From: Spirochaetia bacterium
Lineage (GTDB): Bacteria; Spirochaetota; Spirochaetia; CADAEX01
Assembly: GCA_963662265.2 (NCBI GenBank)
Contig: CAXXHA010000028.1
Coordinates: 1-64,000, forward strand
Direction: 5' to 3'
Length of the DNA stretch: 64,000 bases
The translations under genes and the position numbers were made by a program. Below the pieces are notes generated by a model. The model did not search any database. It saw nothing but the letters and a program-made list of their open reading frames with translations, and had not been told where the DNA came from. Of this stretch, positions 9,642 to 19,672 are shown piece after piece (within the stretch, counting starts at the first letter, position 1; each line of letters opens with the position of its first letter).

Positions 9642-10535
9642 TCAGAGCACAATCTCCATACCGTCATAACCGACCTCTATTCCGGATGGACCCAGAAGTC
9701 TTTCAAGTACATCGGGAGTGAAGTTTTTATGCCCGATATGAGAGACAATCATTCTTCCTTCAGGAAAATCATCTCTAAGCGCAAGCACGCTGTTAACATC
9801 CCCGTGCCCGCTTTCTAAATTACCTTCCCCGTAAGTGCAGTCTATGACAATGCAGTCAGGCCTGTTTTCCCTGAGAAATGAATATGTTTTTTCAGGCAGT
9901 ATTTCTGCTGCATCAACAAGATAGTACAGGTTTTTTCCGTTTTCCGAGAAACAGAAACCAAGAGTTTCCTCGCTGCATGAAGAGGGATCCCCGGATTTCA
10001 CTTTCAGATGATTTGTTTCAAGCGGAACAACCCTGCAGCTTCCAATATTTATTTCCTCCAGCTCCCCGATTTCCGTGAAATTAAAAACACCTTCAAGCTG
10101 TTTCAGTTTTTCAGGATCTGTCAGCGACTGGAATTTACTGTAAAGATATTTCCCTGTCACATTGCCGTGATATATATTAACAGGCACATCAATCACAGCA
10201 CCTTTCGACTTTTTAACAGAAAAAAGATGGAAAAGGCCAAGAAGATGATCATCATGACTGTGAGTAAGAAAAAGATGGCTGATATCAAGGTCATTGATAC
10301 CTGCTTCTTCAAGCTGACTCATGAACTGGGGCGGAGTATCTATGAGAAATTTATTACCATCAGATACTGTAACAACAGCACTGCTGTTTTTTCTTCTGTG
10401 TTTTTTCACACCGGATTTACGCGCCTGGCTGCAGACTGTGCAGCTGCATCTGAATGCAGGTATGTTCTGACTTGCGCCTGTTCCTGTCAGGATTATTTTC
10501 ATACTTCCTCCTGAAGAAGAAAATATCACAGACAA
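9642..10535 (-). CDS. PhnP-like metallo-beta-lactamase-fold phosphodiesterase
   Basis: GTGAS..P...CSCTVC Zn motif, THSHDDH, IDCT, H, SHIGH. The true start is probably MKIILTG at about 10502. Confidence 0.85.
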   Translation of the reverse strand: MSVIFSSSGGSMKIILTGTGASQNIPAFRCSCTVCSQARKSGVKKHRRKNSSAVVTVSDGNKFLIDTPPQFMSQLEEAGINDLDISHLFLTHSHDDHLLGLFHLFSVKKSKGAVIDVPVNIYHGNVTGKYLYSKFQSLTDPEKLKQLEGVFNFTEIGELEEINIGSCRVVPLETNHLKVKSGDPSSCSEETLGFCFSENGKNLYYLVDAAEILPEKTYSFLRENRPDCIVIDCTYGEGNLESGHGDVNSVLALRDDFPEGRMIVSHIGHKNFTPDVLERLLGPSGIEVGYDGMEIVL

Positions 10536-10676
10536 AAGCCCTTATGCAATATTATTTTCTTTTAACATTATTTTTGTAATTTTTCTTACATGCTTAAGGA
10601 TGTGATAAAACTTAATAATCCTGAAAATTGCAGCTTCATTCCTATAACCATTTCTGTTTTAAAATTCTTTGACAGG

Positions 10677-11369
10677 TCAGTAAATACTGTATTCAGATAT
10701 TTTTTCAGTATTCAGTTTTATCCTGACAGATGCAGTATAAAGACCTCCCCCATAGCTCATTACAGGAGGCTCTGCAAATACAAACTCCCCTTCAATTATC
10801 TGCGGTTTGTTATGCACCCTTGTTCTCAGGTAATTTCTGACAGCCTCTTTTATGCCGTTCTTAATGGCATCCTCTTTTCCTTCAAACCCCCTATGAAAAC
10901 CACCGTCAGCCTTCCCGCCGATCAGGGGAAAAGAGCCGGAGGACCAGTACATTATCCAGCTTTTCATACTGTCATCTGGATAATAGGAAAAATGGACAAG
11001 ATTCCTGTGTTCCTCCCGTCTTGTACTTCTTATCTTAAGACGGGGATCTCCCCAGGGAATTGTGCCGATAGGAGATATTTCAAAGACTTCATCAACATTA
11101 CGCCTTCTGTCGCCTGGAATATATTTGAATTCAAACCCGTAAAGCATTCCTGAAAAAATGAAAACAGCCTCTTTGAAAAGGTCCTTTTTTTCATCTGTTT
11201 TTTCAGCCTTGTCTTTCTCCCCATTTCCGAAATCGGGAGCTGAAAAAAAATCGGGACGGTTTTCAACAGGATAAAAGAGTTCCGCAGAGAAGACAGGAAG
11301 ATCCTGTGCAGATACAAATCCTGCAGTTATTAGTAAAATTACAGTTGATATGATTCTTGATATTCTCAT
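10677..11369 (-). CDS. Hypothetical exported protein
   Basis: 230-aa ORF with a signal peptide (..GFVSA-Q); no family recognised. Confidence 0.7.
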   Translation of the reverse strand: MRISRIISTVILLITAGFVSAQDLPVFSAELFYPVENRPDFFSAPDFGNGEKDKAEKTDEKKDLFKEAVFIFSGMLYGFEFKYIPGDRRRNVDEVFEISPIGTIPWGDPRLKIRSTRREEHRNLVHFSYYPDDSMKSWIMYWSSGSFPLIGGKADGGFHRGFEGKEDAIKNGIKEAVRNYLRTRVHNKPQIIEGEFVFAEPPVMSYGGGLYTASVRIKLNTEKISEYSIY

Positions 11370-11465
11370 TTAAAATATATTTCCAGTATTTACGTTTATA
11401 TTGCAGCCGTCAGAAAACAATTCAAGGCTTAACAATTCAAAAACCGGCTGTTAAATCAACAGCTC

Positions 11466-11536
11466 CTTTGTCACCAGTTCCGGCAGGTACTTGTTTTTTG
11501 CAGGCAGCAGGTTATCAGCCCCGACCTGCGAATAAA
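11466..11536 (+). repeat. Dispersed intergenic repeat, copy A (internally deleted)
   Basis: TTTGTCACCAGTTCC is shared with 29862; GACCTGCGAATAAA at 11523 is shared with 24325 and 30018. Confidence 0.75.
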
Positions 11537-11628
11537 GGGCAGAACAGTTAGAAAAGGGGAATAACCCTATGGATTATATATCGGCAGATTTAAAAAAAAC
11601 CTGCCGGATTTTATATATGGGGATTTAT

Positions 11629-12432
11629 TTAATTTGTGTATTTTTCGAGAACAGCGGCCAGGCCGCTTTCTGTATTGGGAGGAGCAATTATATCAGCAAG
11701 ATTTTTGAGTTTTTCATGGCCATTTTCCATGGCAACACCCAAACCTGCAAATTCAACCATCTCAAGGTCATTGAGGTTATCTCCTATACAGATAATTTCC
11801 TCAACAGGAATATCCAGATATTCAGACAGAACAGAAACAGCCTCCCCCTTGTTTACCCCTTTCGGCAGTATTTCAAGGTACTCCTCTTCCGACTGTACAA
11901 ATACAGGATAGTCTTTGCAGAAATTGTTATAAACTTCCCTGAATTTCGGAAAACAGCTGTTGTCGCCGATAAGAAGTATTTTAGTGACAGCTGATAAATC
12001 AATATCTGAGTAGTTATCAACTGTTTCAAGCTTTATTCCGTCTTTGGCAGAATATATTTCTGCAGTCCGGTTAATATCCCTGACAAAAGCCCTGCCTTTT
12101 GAATAAAAAACAGGAGTAACAGGATATTTATCAACTATTGAGGCAGCAGTTTTTGCCTGCTCTGCTGTAAGAAGTTTTTCATAAATAACACTGCTGCTGT
12201 TTATATCAACAACTTTTGCCCCGTTATAAAGAATAACAGGGGCATTAATAGAAAGTTCGTCATGATATTTTTTTACAGCCTCTTCAATTCTTCCTGTGGC
12301 AAGTGAAAAAACACCTCCCCTCTCCTGGAATTCCTTTATGGCTTTTTTATTGACCTCTGATATTTTCTGGCAGTCATCAACAAGAGTGCCGTCTATATCA
12401 GAGATCATCATCCTATATTTCTTCATCTGCAA
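11629..12432 (-). CDS. Cof-type HAD-IIB phosphatase
   Basis: SDIDGTL, LATGR, NGA, LEILPKGVNKG and IGDNLNDLEM motifs. Confidence 0.93.
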   Translation of the reverse strand: MQMKKYRMMISDIDGTLVDDCQKISEVNKKAIKEFQERGGVFSLATGRIEEAVKKYHDELSINAPVILYNGAKVVDINSSSVIYEKLLTAEQAKTAASIVDKYPVTPVFYSKGRAFVRDINRTAEIYSAKDGIKLETVDNYSDIDLSAVTKILLIGDNSCFPKFREVYNNFCKDYPVFVQSEEEYLEILPKGVNKGEAVSVLSEYLDIPVEEIICIGDNLNDLEMVEFAGLGVAMENGHEKLKNLADIIAPPNTESGLAAVLEKYTN

Positions 12433-13540
12433 GAATTCTCAAGCTGTTGAGATCAAAATTAATCCCGACTTCACTGCCTGGTGAGTATATTTTAATCTCC
12501 TGTGGACAGTATGCCTCAACCCTGAGAAGATTTCCGTTGAATTTAACATCATACTGAACAAAGTTGCCGTAGAATACAGCTTTTTCAATTCTTCCGGAGA
12601 AAAGCCCCTCACCCGGTTCTGTAACCTTTATATATTCAGGTCTCATTACAGCAACAGCATTTCCGCTGATTTCTGAAATATGTTTGCCGGGATTCGGTAC
12701 TTTTACAGTTTTTCCGACAATTTCAACTGCTGCATCTGACAGGCTGCTGCTGATTATTTTACAGTCAATAAAGTTTGATTTACCGATAAAATCCGCCACA
12801 AATTTTGACTCAGGATCTTCATAGAGATCTTTTGGAGAACCGACCTGCATGATTTTTCCCTTGTTCATCAGGACAACTTTGTCGGAAATTGCCATAGCTT
12901 CAGACTGGTCATGAGTTACATAGAGACTTGTAATACCGAGTCTCTTCTGGAGGCTCCTGAGCTCATCTCTCATATACTCTCTCAGTTTCGCATCAAGGTT
13001 TGAAAGAGGTTCATCAAAAAGAAGTACCTTGGGCTCGATAACAACAGCTCTCGCAAGCGCAACTCTCTGCTGCTGACCGCCGGAAATCTGAGAGGGAAGT
13101 CTTTTTTCCATTCCCTTGATCTGCATAAGTTCAATAATCTGCTCAGTTCTTTCCCTGATTTCCGTTGCAGGAAGTTTCTGAATTTTAAGGCCGTATGCAA
13201 TATTATCATAAACACTCATGTGAGGAAAAAGCGCATAGCTCTGAAACATCATTGCCATATCCCTCTTATTCGGAGGAACTGATTCAATTGATTCATTTCC
13301 AAGGAGAAGCTGACCTGAAGTTATACTTTCAAAACCGGCAACCATTCTTAGTGTTGTAGTTTTTCCGCAGCCTGACGGGCCAAGCATTGTTGTGAGTTCT
13401 CCTGATTTGATATCAAGATTTATTTTATCAACAGCTGTAAATTCGCCGCTGCCGTCAAGGCTCATAAATGTTTTTGTTATATCTACAAGCTTGAGGCCGC
13501 TTGAATGAGCCCCGAGCTTTTCTTCAATATTGGTATTCAT
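12413..13540 (-). CDS. ABC transporter ATP-binding subunit (AfuC/FbpC family)
   Basis: GPSGCGKTT, ISGGQQQ and FDEPLSNLD motifs. Confidence 0.95.
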   Translation of the reverse strand: MNTNIEEKLGAHSSGLKLVDITKTFMSLDGSGEFTAVDKINLDIKSGELTTMLGPSGCGKTTTLRMVAGFESITSGQLLLGNESIESVPPNKRDMAMMFQSYALFPHMSVYDNIAYGLKIQKLPATEIRERTEQIIELMQIKGMEKRLPSQISGGQQQRVALARAVVIEPKVLLFDEPLSNLDAKLREYMRDELRSLQKRLGITSLYVTHDQSEAMAISDKVVLMNKGKIMQVGSPKDLYEDPESKFVADFIGKSNFIDCKIISSSLSDAAVEIVGKTVKVPNPGKHISEISGNAVAVMRPEYIKVTEPGEGLFSGRIEKAVFYGNFVQYDVKFNGNLLRVEAYCPQEIKIYSPGSEVGINFDLNSLRILADEEI

Positions 13541-13552
13541 TATTAGTACCCC

Positions 13553-15229
13553 CTATTTGACAGATTTCATTCTGTCGAGTCTGTTAACCAGTTTGTTTAG
13601 AATAAAAATTGCTGTCATGATTACTGCAATCATTACAACGATATATGCTGCCGCATCACTGTACTGGCTCACTTCGAAGAGTGAGAAAATTCTTGTTGTA
13701 ACAACATTCCATCTTGCAGAAATAAGGAATATGATCGCACTTACAGCTGTCATTGATTTTACAAATGAATATACAAGTCCTGAAAAGAATGCCCCTTTTA
13801 TGAGAGGAAGAGTAACATCCTTGAAAGTCTGAAAACTGTTTGCACCGAGAGAAGTTGAGGCCTCTTCTATTGAAGGATCAATCTGCATGAGAGCGGAAAT
13901 ACCTCCCTCAATCCCTACAGGAATATTTCTGAAAACAAATACAATTACAAGAATTGCTGCAGTGCCTGTAAGGAGAAAAGGCTTGTCATTAAAGGCAAGA
14001 ATATAACTGATACCTACAACAGTTCCGGGAAGAGCAAATGTTAAAAGAGATGCAAGGCTCATATATTTTTTTCCTGGGAATTCTTTTCTTACTGTAAGGA
14101 AAGCAATTGTCATTCCAAGAAGTCCCGCTATTGGAGTTGCAAAAGCTGCAAGCATTACTGCATTTTTCAGAGGTTTCCATCCGATAGAAAATACATACTT
14201 GAAGTGATCAAGGGAAATTGAGCTGTCAACACCCCAGACTTTTACAAAAGCTCCGCAGAGTACAGTACCGTAAAACAGAATAATAACTGCACAGAAGAAA
14301 AGACAGACTGCAAAAAGAGGATAAACTATAGACTTCTCACTCAGTTTTTCCCTTGTCTGTGAGGGTTTTCCTGTTACAGTTACAAAACTCTTGCCGCTGA
14401 TCCAGTATTTCTGAAGCAGAAATGCACAGAGACTGGGAAGAAGCAGCATAACAGAAAGAATTGCACCGGTTTTAAGGTCATACATACCTGTAATTACACG
14501 GTATGCTTCAACACCCAGAGTAGGGAATCCTCCCCCGATTACTGCAGGATTACTGAAATCCTGAAGAGACTGTATAAAAACAAGAAGCAGAGCACTTATA
14601 ATTCCCGGAAGGGAAAGAGGAAGTGTTACTGTCTTGAATATTTTCCATCTTGATGCGCCGAGATTAAGAGCAGCATCCTCAACAGAGGAATCTATTGCTT
14701 CAAGAATACCTGAGAGAGTAAGAAATGCTACCGGGAAAAAAGACATAACCTGAACAAGTATCAGGCTGTGAAGACCGTAAACATTGAAATCTGTAATACC
14801 GAAAAGTCCGTTTGTAATGAGACCTTTTCTTCCGAAAAGAAAAATTATTGAAAGAGAAAGAACAAACGGCGGAGATATAATTGGCAGAGTTGCCATTGTT
14901 TTAAAAAAAGGTTTCCAGGGAATTGCTGTCCTGGTAATTGCAAATGCATAAATATATCCGACAATAGTTCCAAGAACAGCAGTAATTATTCCGAGCTTGA
15001 TGCTGTTCCAGAATGTAATTCTGTAACTGCTGTTTGCAAAAGTTTTCAAAAGTACTGATAACGAAAATTTTCCCTCTTCTGTTGTCAGACTGAAATAAAA
15101 CATCTTGAAAAACGGATATATAACAAAAATTGTCAGTGAAGCAAGTATCATCAGAATAAGAGTCATGAGAAGAGGCTCTTTTCTGATCATACTCAGTTTC
15201 CACATGAGATCTTTATATTTTTTAGCCAT
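13553..15229 (-). CDS. ABC transporter permease (AfuB/FbpB type)
   Basis: Two EAA loops (VEDAALNLGAS; IEEASTSLGAN) and about 12 TM segments. Confidence 0.93.
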   Translation of the reverse strand: MAKKYKDLMWKLSMIRKEPLLMTLILMILASLTIFVIYPFFKMFYFSLTTEEGKFSLSVLLKTFANSSYRITFWNSIKLGIITAVLGTIVGYIYAFAITRTAIPWKPFFKTMATLPIISPPFVLSLSIIFLFGRKGLITNGLFGITDFNVYGLHSLILVQVMSFFPVAFLTLSGILEAIDSSVEDAALNLGASRWKIFKTVTLPLSLPGIISALLLVFIQSLQDFSNPAVIGGGFPTLGVEAYRVITGMYDLKTGAILSVMLLLPSLCAFLLQKYWISGKSFVTVTGKPSQTREKLSEKSIVYPLFAVCLFFCAVIILFYGTVLCGAFVKVWGVDSSISLDHFKYVFSIGWKPLKNAVMLAAFATPIAGLLGMTIAFLTVRKEFPGKKYMSLASLLTFALPGTVVGISYILAFNDKPFLLTGTAAILVIVFVFRNIPVGIEGGISALMQIDPSIEEASTSLGANSFQTFKDVTLPLIKGAFFSGLVYSFVKSMTAVSAIIFLISARWNVVTTRIFSLFEVSQYSDAAAYIVVMIAVIMTAIFILNKLVNRLDRMKSVK

Positions 15230-15262
15230 ATTATGTTTCCTGTGATCAGATCTATTCAGTTG

Positions 15263-15288
15263 AAAAAGGCAGCCGGGACCGGCTGCCT
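15263..15288 (-). terminator. Intrinsic terminator or stabilising hairpin after the SBP gene
   Basis: AGGCAGCCG-ggac-CGGCTGCCT, followed by a U-run on the minus strand. Confidence 0.7.
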
Positions 15289-15301
15289 CTGAATATTTGT
15301 A

Positions 15302-16330
15302 TTATTTGAGGTTTTCCTTTGCTGCAACAACTTCGGAAAATTTCTCGATAAGTCTTTTTCTGTTATTTCCTGCCCATGTAAAATCGTAGTCAATAACTTT
15401 AAGATCAGCAATATTAACAGCACCTTCAGGAACTACTGCAGTTTTATTAACAGGAAGTCTGAAAGATTTGTTTGTAGAGTAAACATCCTGACCTGCTTTA
15501 CTTAAAGTAAAGTCGATGAATTTTTTAGCATTTTCAACTTCTTCTTCAGGACCGTTTTTGATAAGCGCAATTGCACCGATTTCATAACCAGTTCCTTCTG
15601 AAGGGAATGAAAGCTCTACAGGGTAGCCCTGAGCAGATGGCTTGAGACAGTCATGAGAGAAAGCAAGACCGATTGATGCTTCTCCGAGAGCAACATTTTT
15701 AGGAGGAGCTGATCCAGATTTTGTGTACTGTCTGATATTTTCATTGAAATTCTTGAAATATTCCATAGCTTCATCTTCACCTTTCTGCTGAACAATAGTT
15801 GCAAGAATTGTGTAGGCTGTTCCTGAGGAACCCGGATGAGCCATTGAAATCTGTCCCTTGAATTCAGGTTTGAGAAGATCTTTCCATGATTTCGGGTATT
15901 CAAGACCTTTTCCGGCAAACCACTCACTGTCAACAGCAAATGAAAGAGCACCCACATAAACCGGTGACCAGTATCCGTCAGGATCTGCATAGTTTGCAGG
16001 AATATTTTTAAGTTCAGCTGATTTATATGGTTCAAGAAGATCTGACTTGGCTGCTGCAATAAATGTATCACAGTTACCGCCGTACCATACACTTGCCTGA
16101 GGATTGTTTTTTTCCACCTGTATTTTTGAGAGAATCTCACCTGCTGATAATCTTACAAAATTAACAGTTATTCCTGTTTCAGCTTCAAAAGCGCTGAGAT
16201 AACTTGGAATTTCTGATTCCGGAAGTGCGCAGTAAATTGTAAGTTCATTACTTTTCTTTGAACTGCATCCTGTAAAAGCAACTAATGAAACAAGAACAAG
16301 ACAAATAACCAGAATTGTTGTTTTTTTCAT
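15302..16330 (-). CDS. ABC substrate-binding lipoprotein, AfuA-like (sugar-phosphate/Fe3+ class)
   Basis: Lipobox FTG-C; EKNNPQASVWYGG, PGSSGTAYT, YTKSGSAP, FSHD and EGTGYEIG motifs resemble AfuA. Confidence 0.88.
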   Translation of the reverse strand: MKKTTILVICLVLVSLVAFTGCSSKKSNELTIYCALPESEIPSYLSAFEAETGITVNFVRLSAGEILSKIQVEKNNPQASVWYGGNCDTFIAAAKSDLLEPYKSAELKNIPANYADPDGYWSPVYVGALSFAVDSEWFAGKGLEYPKSWKDLLKPEFKGQISMAHPGSSGTAYTILATIVQQKGEDEAMEYFKNFNENIRQYTKSGSAPPKNVALGEASIGLAFSHDCLKPSAQGYPVELSFPSEGTGYEIGAIALIKNGPEEEVENAKKFIDFTLSKAGQDVYSTNKSFRLPVNKTAVVPEGAVNIADLKVIDYDFTWAGNNRKRLIEKFSEVVAAKENLK

Positions 16331-16407
16331 TGTTTTCCTCCTTTGATGTGCGGCAGCTTACAGCTGCCTTTTAATGAGCTGCAGAAGAATAACTGACCAA
16401 ACCAGCT

Positions 16408-16461
16408 GCAACTCACACGTGTGCGTTGCTAAGTATAGAACAGGAAAAGATAATTTGTAAA
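16408..16461 (-). promoter_or_regulatory. Sigma70 promoter with LacI-type operator just downstream
   Basis: Minus strand TTTACA(16461-16456)-18 nt-TATACT(16437-16432). A 22-bp palindrome GCAAC-T-CACACGTGTG-C-GTTGC with central CG lies at 16408-16429. Confidence 0.7.
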
Positions 16462-16584
16462 GGATAAAAGCAATGCAGAAATCAAAATAATCATAAAATT
16501 TTTCAGAGCTATCTAGATGCACAGGGGACAGGTCAAACCTGGTTTCAGAGTTTTTAAATCTTTTATAAATAAAAATTGAAGGTT

Positions 16585-17613
16585 TTATCCAATATGTTTT
16601 GAGGAATCCCGTTCAATTACTGTAGGGGGGATTATAATTCTGCGTGATTTGATTTTTTTTGTACCTGACAGAAGATCAATCAGCCGTTCGCATGTAAGAA
16701 TTGAAACTTTCTCGGCTGGCTGTTCTATTGTGGATAGAGACGGGGTTGAAAAATTACAGAATTCAATTCCGTCATAACCGATGACAGCAATGTCTCCCGG
16801 AACTGATATCCCTTCCTCCTCGAGAGCTTTAAGTACTCCGAGAGCAATAAAATCTGTATGAGCAAATATACCGTTATAATTTCTTATTTTTAAAATATTA
16901 TTTTTTACAGCTTCATACCCTGTGTAGAAGGAATCTCCCCCCACAATTAAATCTTCCGATGTAAACTGGATATTTCTGTCCGACGCGGCAGAAACAAACC
17001 CCTCTGTACGCAAGGCAAATTCACTTCTCTTTTCCTTTCGGGTTATGCAGAGGAGTTTTGTGCACCCTTTATCCAGCAGATGATTTCCAGCAAGATACCC
17101 CCCCAGATAATGATCACAGTAAACACAGTCGACATCACTGAAAAATTTATCAGGCATCTGATGTGTAAAAACAAACGGGATTTTCATTCTTCTGAGATAA
17201 CTGTATGTGGAATGGGAAATGTTTGATTTTACAATTATTAATCCGTCAACTTTTCTCTTGTTGACAAGTCTTTCAATATTATCTATTCCATTTGATGCAT
17301 TGTGGGAAAAAGTGATTATAGTATCAAGGTCCTCCCTCTCAAGAATGCTCCTTATATAATTCTGAAACCTCACAGAAAAGGGATGGAGGCTGGAACTGGC
17401 ACTGTATTCATCATAGATTATCCCGATTGTACCGGTTTTTGCGGTGCTCAGGCTTCTTGCGTTGGCATTAAATTCAAATCCAAGCTCTTCTGCTATTTTC
17501 TTTATTCTCTGGAAAGTATCATCAGAATACCCCCCCTTGTTGTTGAGGCATCTGGAAACAGTGGAATGGCTTACTCCCGCAATTCTGGCTATGTCTTTGA
17601 TAGTAATAGGCAT
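16585..17613 (-). CDS. LacI-family transcriptional regulator
   Basis: TIKDIARIAGVSHSTVSRCLN HTH, NANARSL hinge, VPGDIAVIGYDG. Confidence 0.95.
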   Translation of the reverse strand: MPITIKDIARIAGVSHSTVSRCLNNKGGYSDDTFQRIKKIAEELGFEFNANARSLSTAKTGTIGIIYDEYSASSSLHPFSVRFQNYIRSILEREDLDTIITFSHNASNGIDNIERLVNKRKVDGLIIVKSNISHSTYSYLRRMKIPFVFTHQMPDKFFSDVDCVYCDHYLGGYLAGNHLLDKGCTKLLCITRKEKRSEFALRTEGFVSAASDRNIQFTSEDLIVGGDSFYTGYEAVKNNILKIRNYNGIFAHTDFIALGVLKALEEEGISVPGDIAVIGYDGIEFCNFSTPSLSTIEQPAEKVSILTCERLIDLLSGTKKIKSRRIIIPPTVIERDSSKHIG

Positions 17614-17622
17614 TAAAAAATT

Positions 17623-18255
17623 CTACCTCCGCCTGAAAAGAACATCTGCGGGGTTAATGGAAAGCCTGAACATGAAATAAATATAGGCAAATGCAAAACC
17701 GGCAAGATGTGTCAGGTGGGCGACACCGGAAACAGGATTTGTTATATGGGAAAAAAGTTCAATCGCAGTATATCCCAGTACAAGATAAACCGCTTTTATC
17801 GGGAAAATACCCATCAGATATATAATTGAATCGGGATAATATACCGCATATGCTAGAAGTATTGCAAAAACAACGCCGGAGGCGCCAAGAAGATATATGC
17901 CGGAAAACCCGGTATAAAGATATACAAAAAAAGAAAAAACGCCTGCAGCTATGCCGCAGAAAAAATAGAAAAGAAGGAATTCCGAACTGCCCATCCTTCT
18001 TTCAACCTGCAGACCGAAGAAGAACAGTCCAAGCATGTTGAAAAAGAGGTGCTGAAATCCCGCATGTGTAAACATATATGTAATAAACTGCCAGAAAGTT
18101 CCATGAAGCATTACATTCCTCGGATTCATGGCAAACATTACACCCAGTCCCGGCTTCAGCCTTATAAGCATGAATACAAGAAAATTTATCCCTATGAGGA
18201 TAAACAGATAATTATTGTACCTGTACGGGAAGGATTTTTTCAGTATATTTCTCAA
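17623..18255 (-). CDS. Rhomboid-family intramembrane serine protease
   Basis: WQFITYMFTH, HLFFNM, GASG catalytic Ser, AHLTHLAG His. Confidence 0.93.
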   Translation of the reverse strand: MRNILKKSFPYRYNNYLFILIGINFLVFMLIRLKPGLGVMFAMNPRNVMLHGTFWQFITYMFTHAGFQHLFFNMLGLFFFGLQVERRMGSSEFLLFYFFCGIAAGVFSFFVYLYTGFSGIYLLGASGVVFAILLAYAVYYPDSIIYLMGIFPIKAVYLVLGYTAIELFSHITNPVSGVAHLTHLAGFAFAYIYFMFRLSINPADVLFRRR

Positions 18256-18595
18256 TTTTTCACTCCAGTTTATTTAAATGCTGCCTGTTTGCACTCCCCT
18301 GAGAACTGATTCAGGGAACAAGTCTGCAGCCTGTCATTTTCATGATGTAAAGTATTATATCTGGATCAGCAAAAACAGCTGAAGACTGACTACTTTCAAG
18401 ACATAATTATACAATTCATTTTCTGCATGGCCGGCGCCCCGGCACAAGAAAGAACAGCATGGTGATAATAAATAATAAGTATTCAGGATAAAATCAAGTT
18501 CTGCTGTTCAAGAGTTATGCTGATTTCAATATAATAAACTTTTTTTATCAAAAGTCCCACTAAAAAAATAATACTGCGCCTGAAAAAGAACAAGT

Positions 18596-19636
18596 TTATT
18601 TTCCTGTAAAGGAATCAAACATGAAATTAATGAGATCAAGCGCTTCACACGGACTGTACTTCGAAACAATTTTTTTCCTGGAACTTTCAAGTATCTCAAC
18701 TGCCGTATTCTCAGCCTTTTCTATTGATCCCCGGACCTCCAGAAGGCGGATAGCCTCTTCAACAGCATCATTGCCTCTTTCGATTCCAAGAGATGAGGCA
18801 GTCCTGAAAAGAGAGGATAGAGTCTTTATGTCTCCCCCCTCCTGGTTGAAGAAGATTACAGGAAGGCTTTTTTTCCCCTCAACAATATCATCCCCTCTCT
18901 TCTTCCCGGGATTACCGGTTGTCAGGTTTGTTACATCATCCAGGATCTGGAATGCCACACCCATCTCCTCACACGCCTGTCCCATTTCAACAGCTCCTTT
19001 CTCACTGCCGCCCCCGGCAATCACCCCGAGTTCTGCAGCCATTCTTGCAAGAGAACCTGTTTTGTACCTGCACATCTGAAGATATTCATTCACATCAGGA
19101 TAAATATCATGATTATTGTGCCACTGGATATCGAGTCCCTGTCCCAGATGAAGACGTCTCATGTTTTCACAGTAATACCTGTAAAGCTTCAGCTTTACAC
19201 TGTCGGGAAAATCAGACTTCTCAATAAGAAAGGATGGAAGGAAATAGAGAAAATTACCGCTGTTTATTGCCATATCAACACCGTAAATAAGGTGAACAGC
19301 TTCCTTGCCCCTCCTGAGGTCAGCGCCATCCTCAATATCATCAATCATCAGGCTTCCGTTGTGTGGAAGTTCAACAAGCGGAGTAAGGGGAAGAACATTC
19401 TGACTGCCCGATTCAAGCTCACAGAATAGAAGCATCATCATAGGGCGCCACCGCTTCCCTCCCCTTTTTACAAGGTCAATTGAGGGAATATTTATATTGT
19501 TATAGAAATTTTCATCAACATTACAGAATACAGGCCCTGCCACATCTGAAACCCATCCGGATTTGGAAGATTCCGGCAGTACTGCATAAATATGGTGTTC
19601 TATTTTTTTCAATCTCTCATTATAATTATCAATCAT
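18596..19636 (-). CDS. Polyprenyl (geranylgeranyl-type) diphosphate synthase
   Basis: GGKRWRP, DDIED..LRRG (FARM), GQGLD, KT, FQILDDV, DDIVEGKK. Confidence 0.93.
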   Translation of the reverse strand: MIDNYNERLKKIEHHIYAVLPESSKSGWVSDVAGPVFCNVDENFYNNINIPSIDLVKRGGKRWRPMMMLLFCELESGSQNVLPLTPLVELPHNGSLMIDDIEDGADLRRGKEAVHLIYGVDMAINSGNFLYFLPSFLIEKSDFPDSVKLKLYRYYCENMRRLHLGQGLDIQWHNNHDIYPDVNEYLQMCRYKTGSLARMAAELGVIAGGGSEKGAVEMGQACEEMGVAFQILDDVTNLTTGNPGKKRGDDIVEGKKSLPVIFFNQEGGDIKTLSSLFRTASSLGIERGNDAVEEAIRLLEVRGSIEKAENTAVEILESSRKKIVSKYSPCEALDLINFMFDSFTGK

Positions 19637-19672
19637 AATACCTACTTTAAAGGGAATATAAAATAAGTCAAT

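Noticed and set aside
18256-18595. 340-bp intergenic region with a small GC-rich patch
   Set aside because: No convincing ORF, repeat match or RNA motif found.
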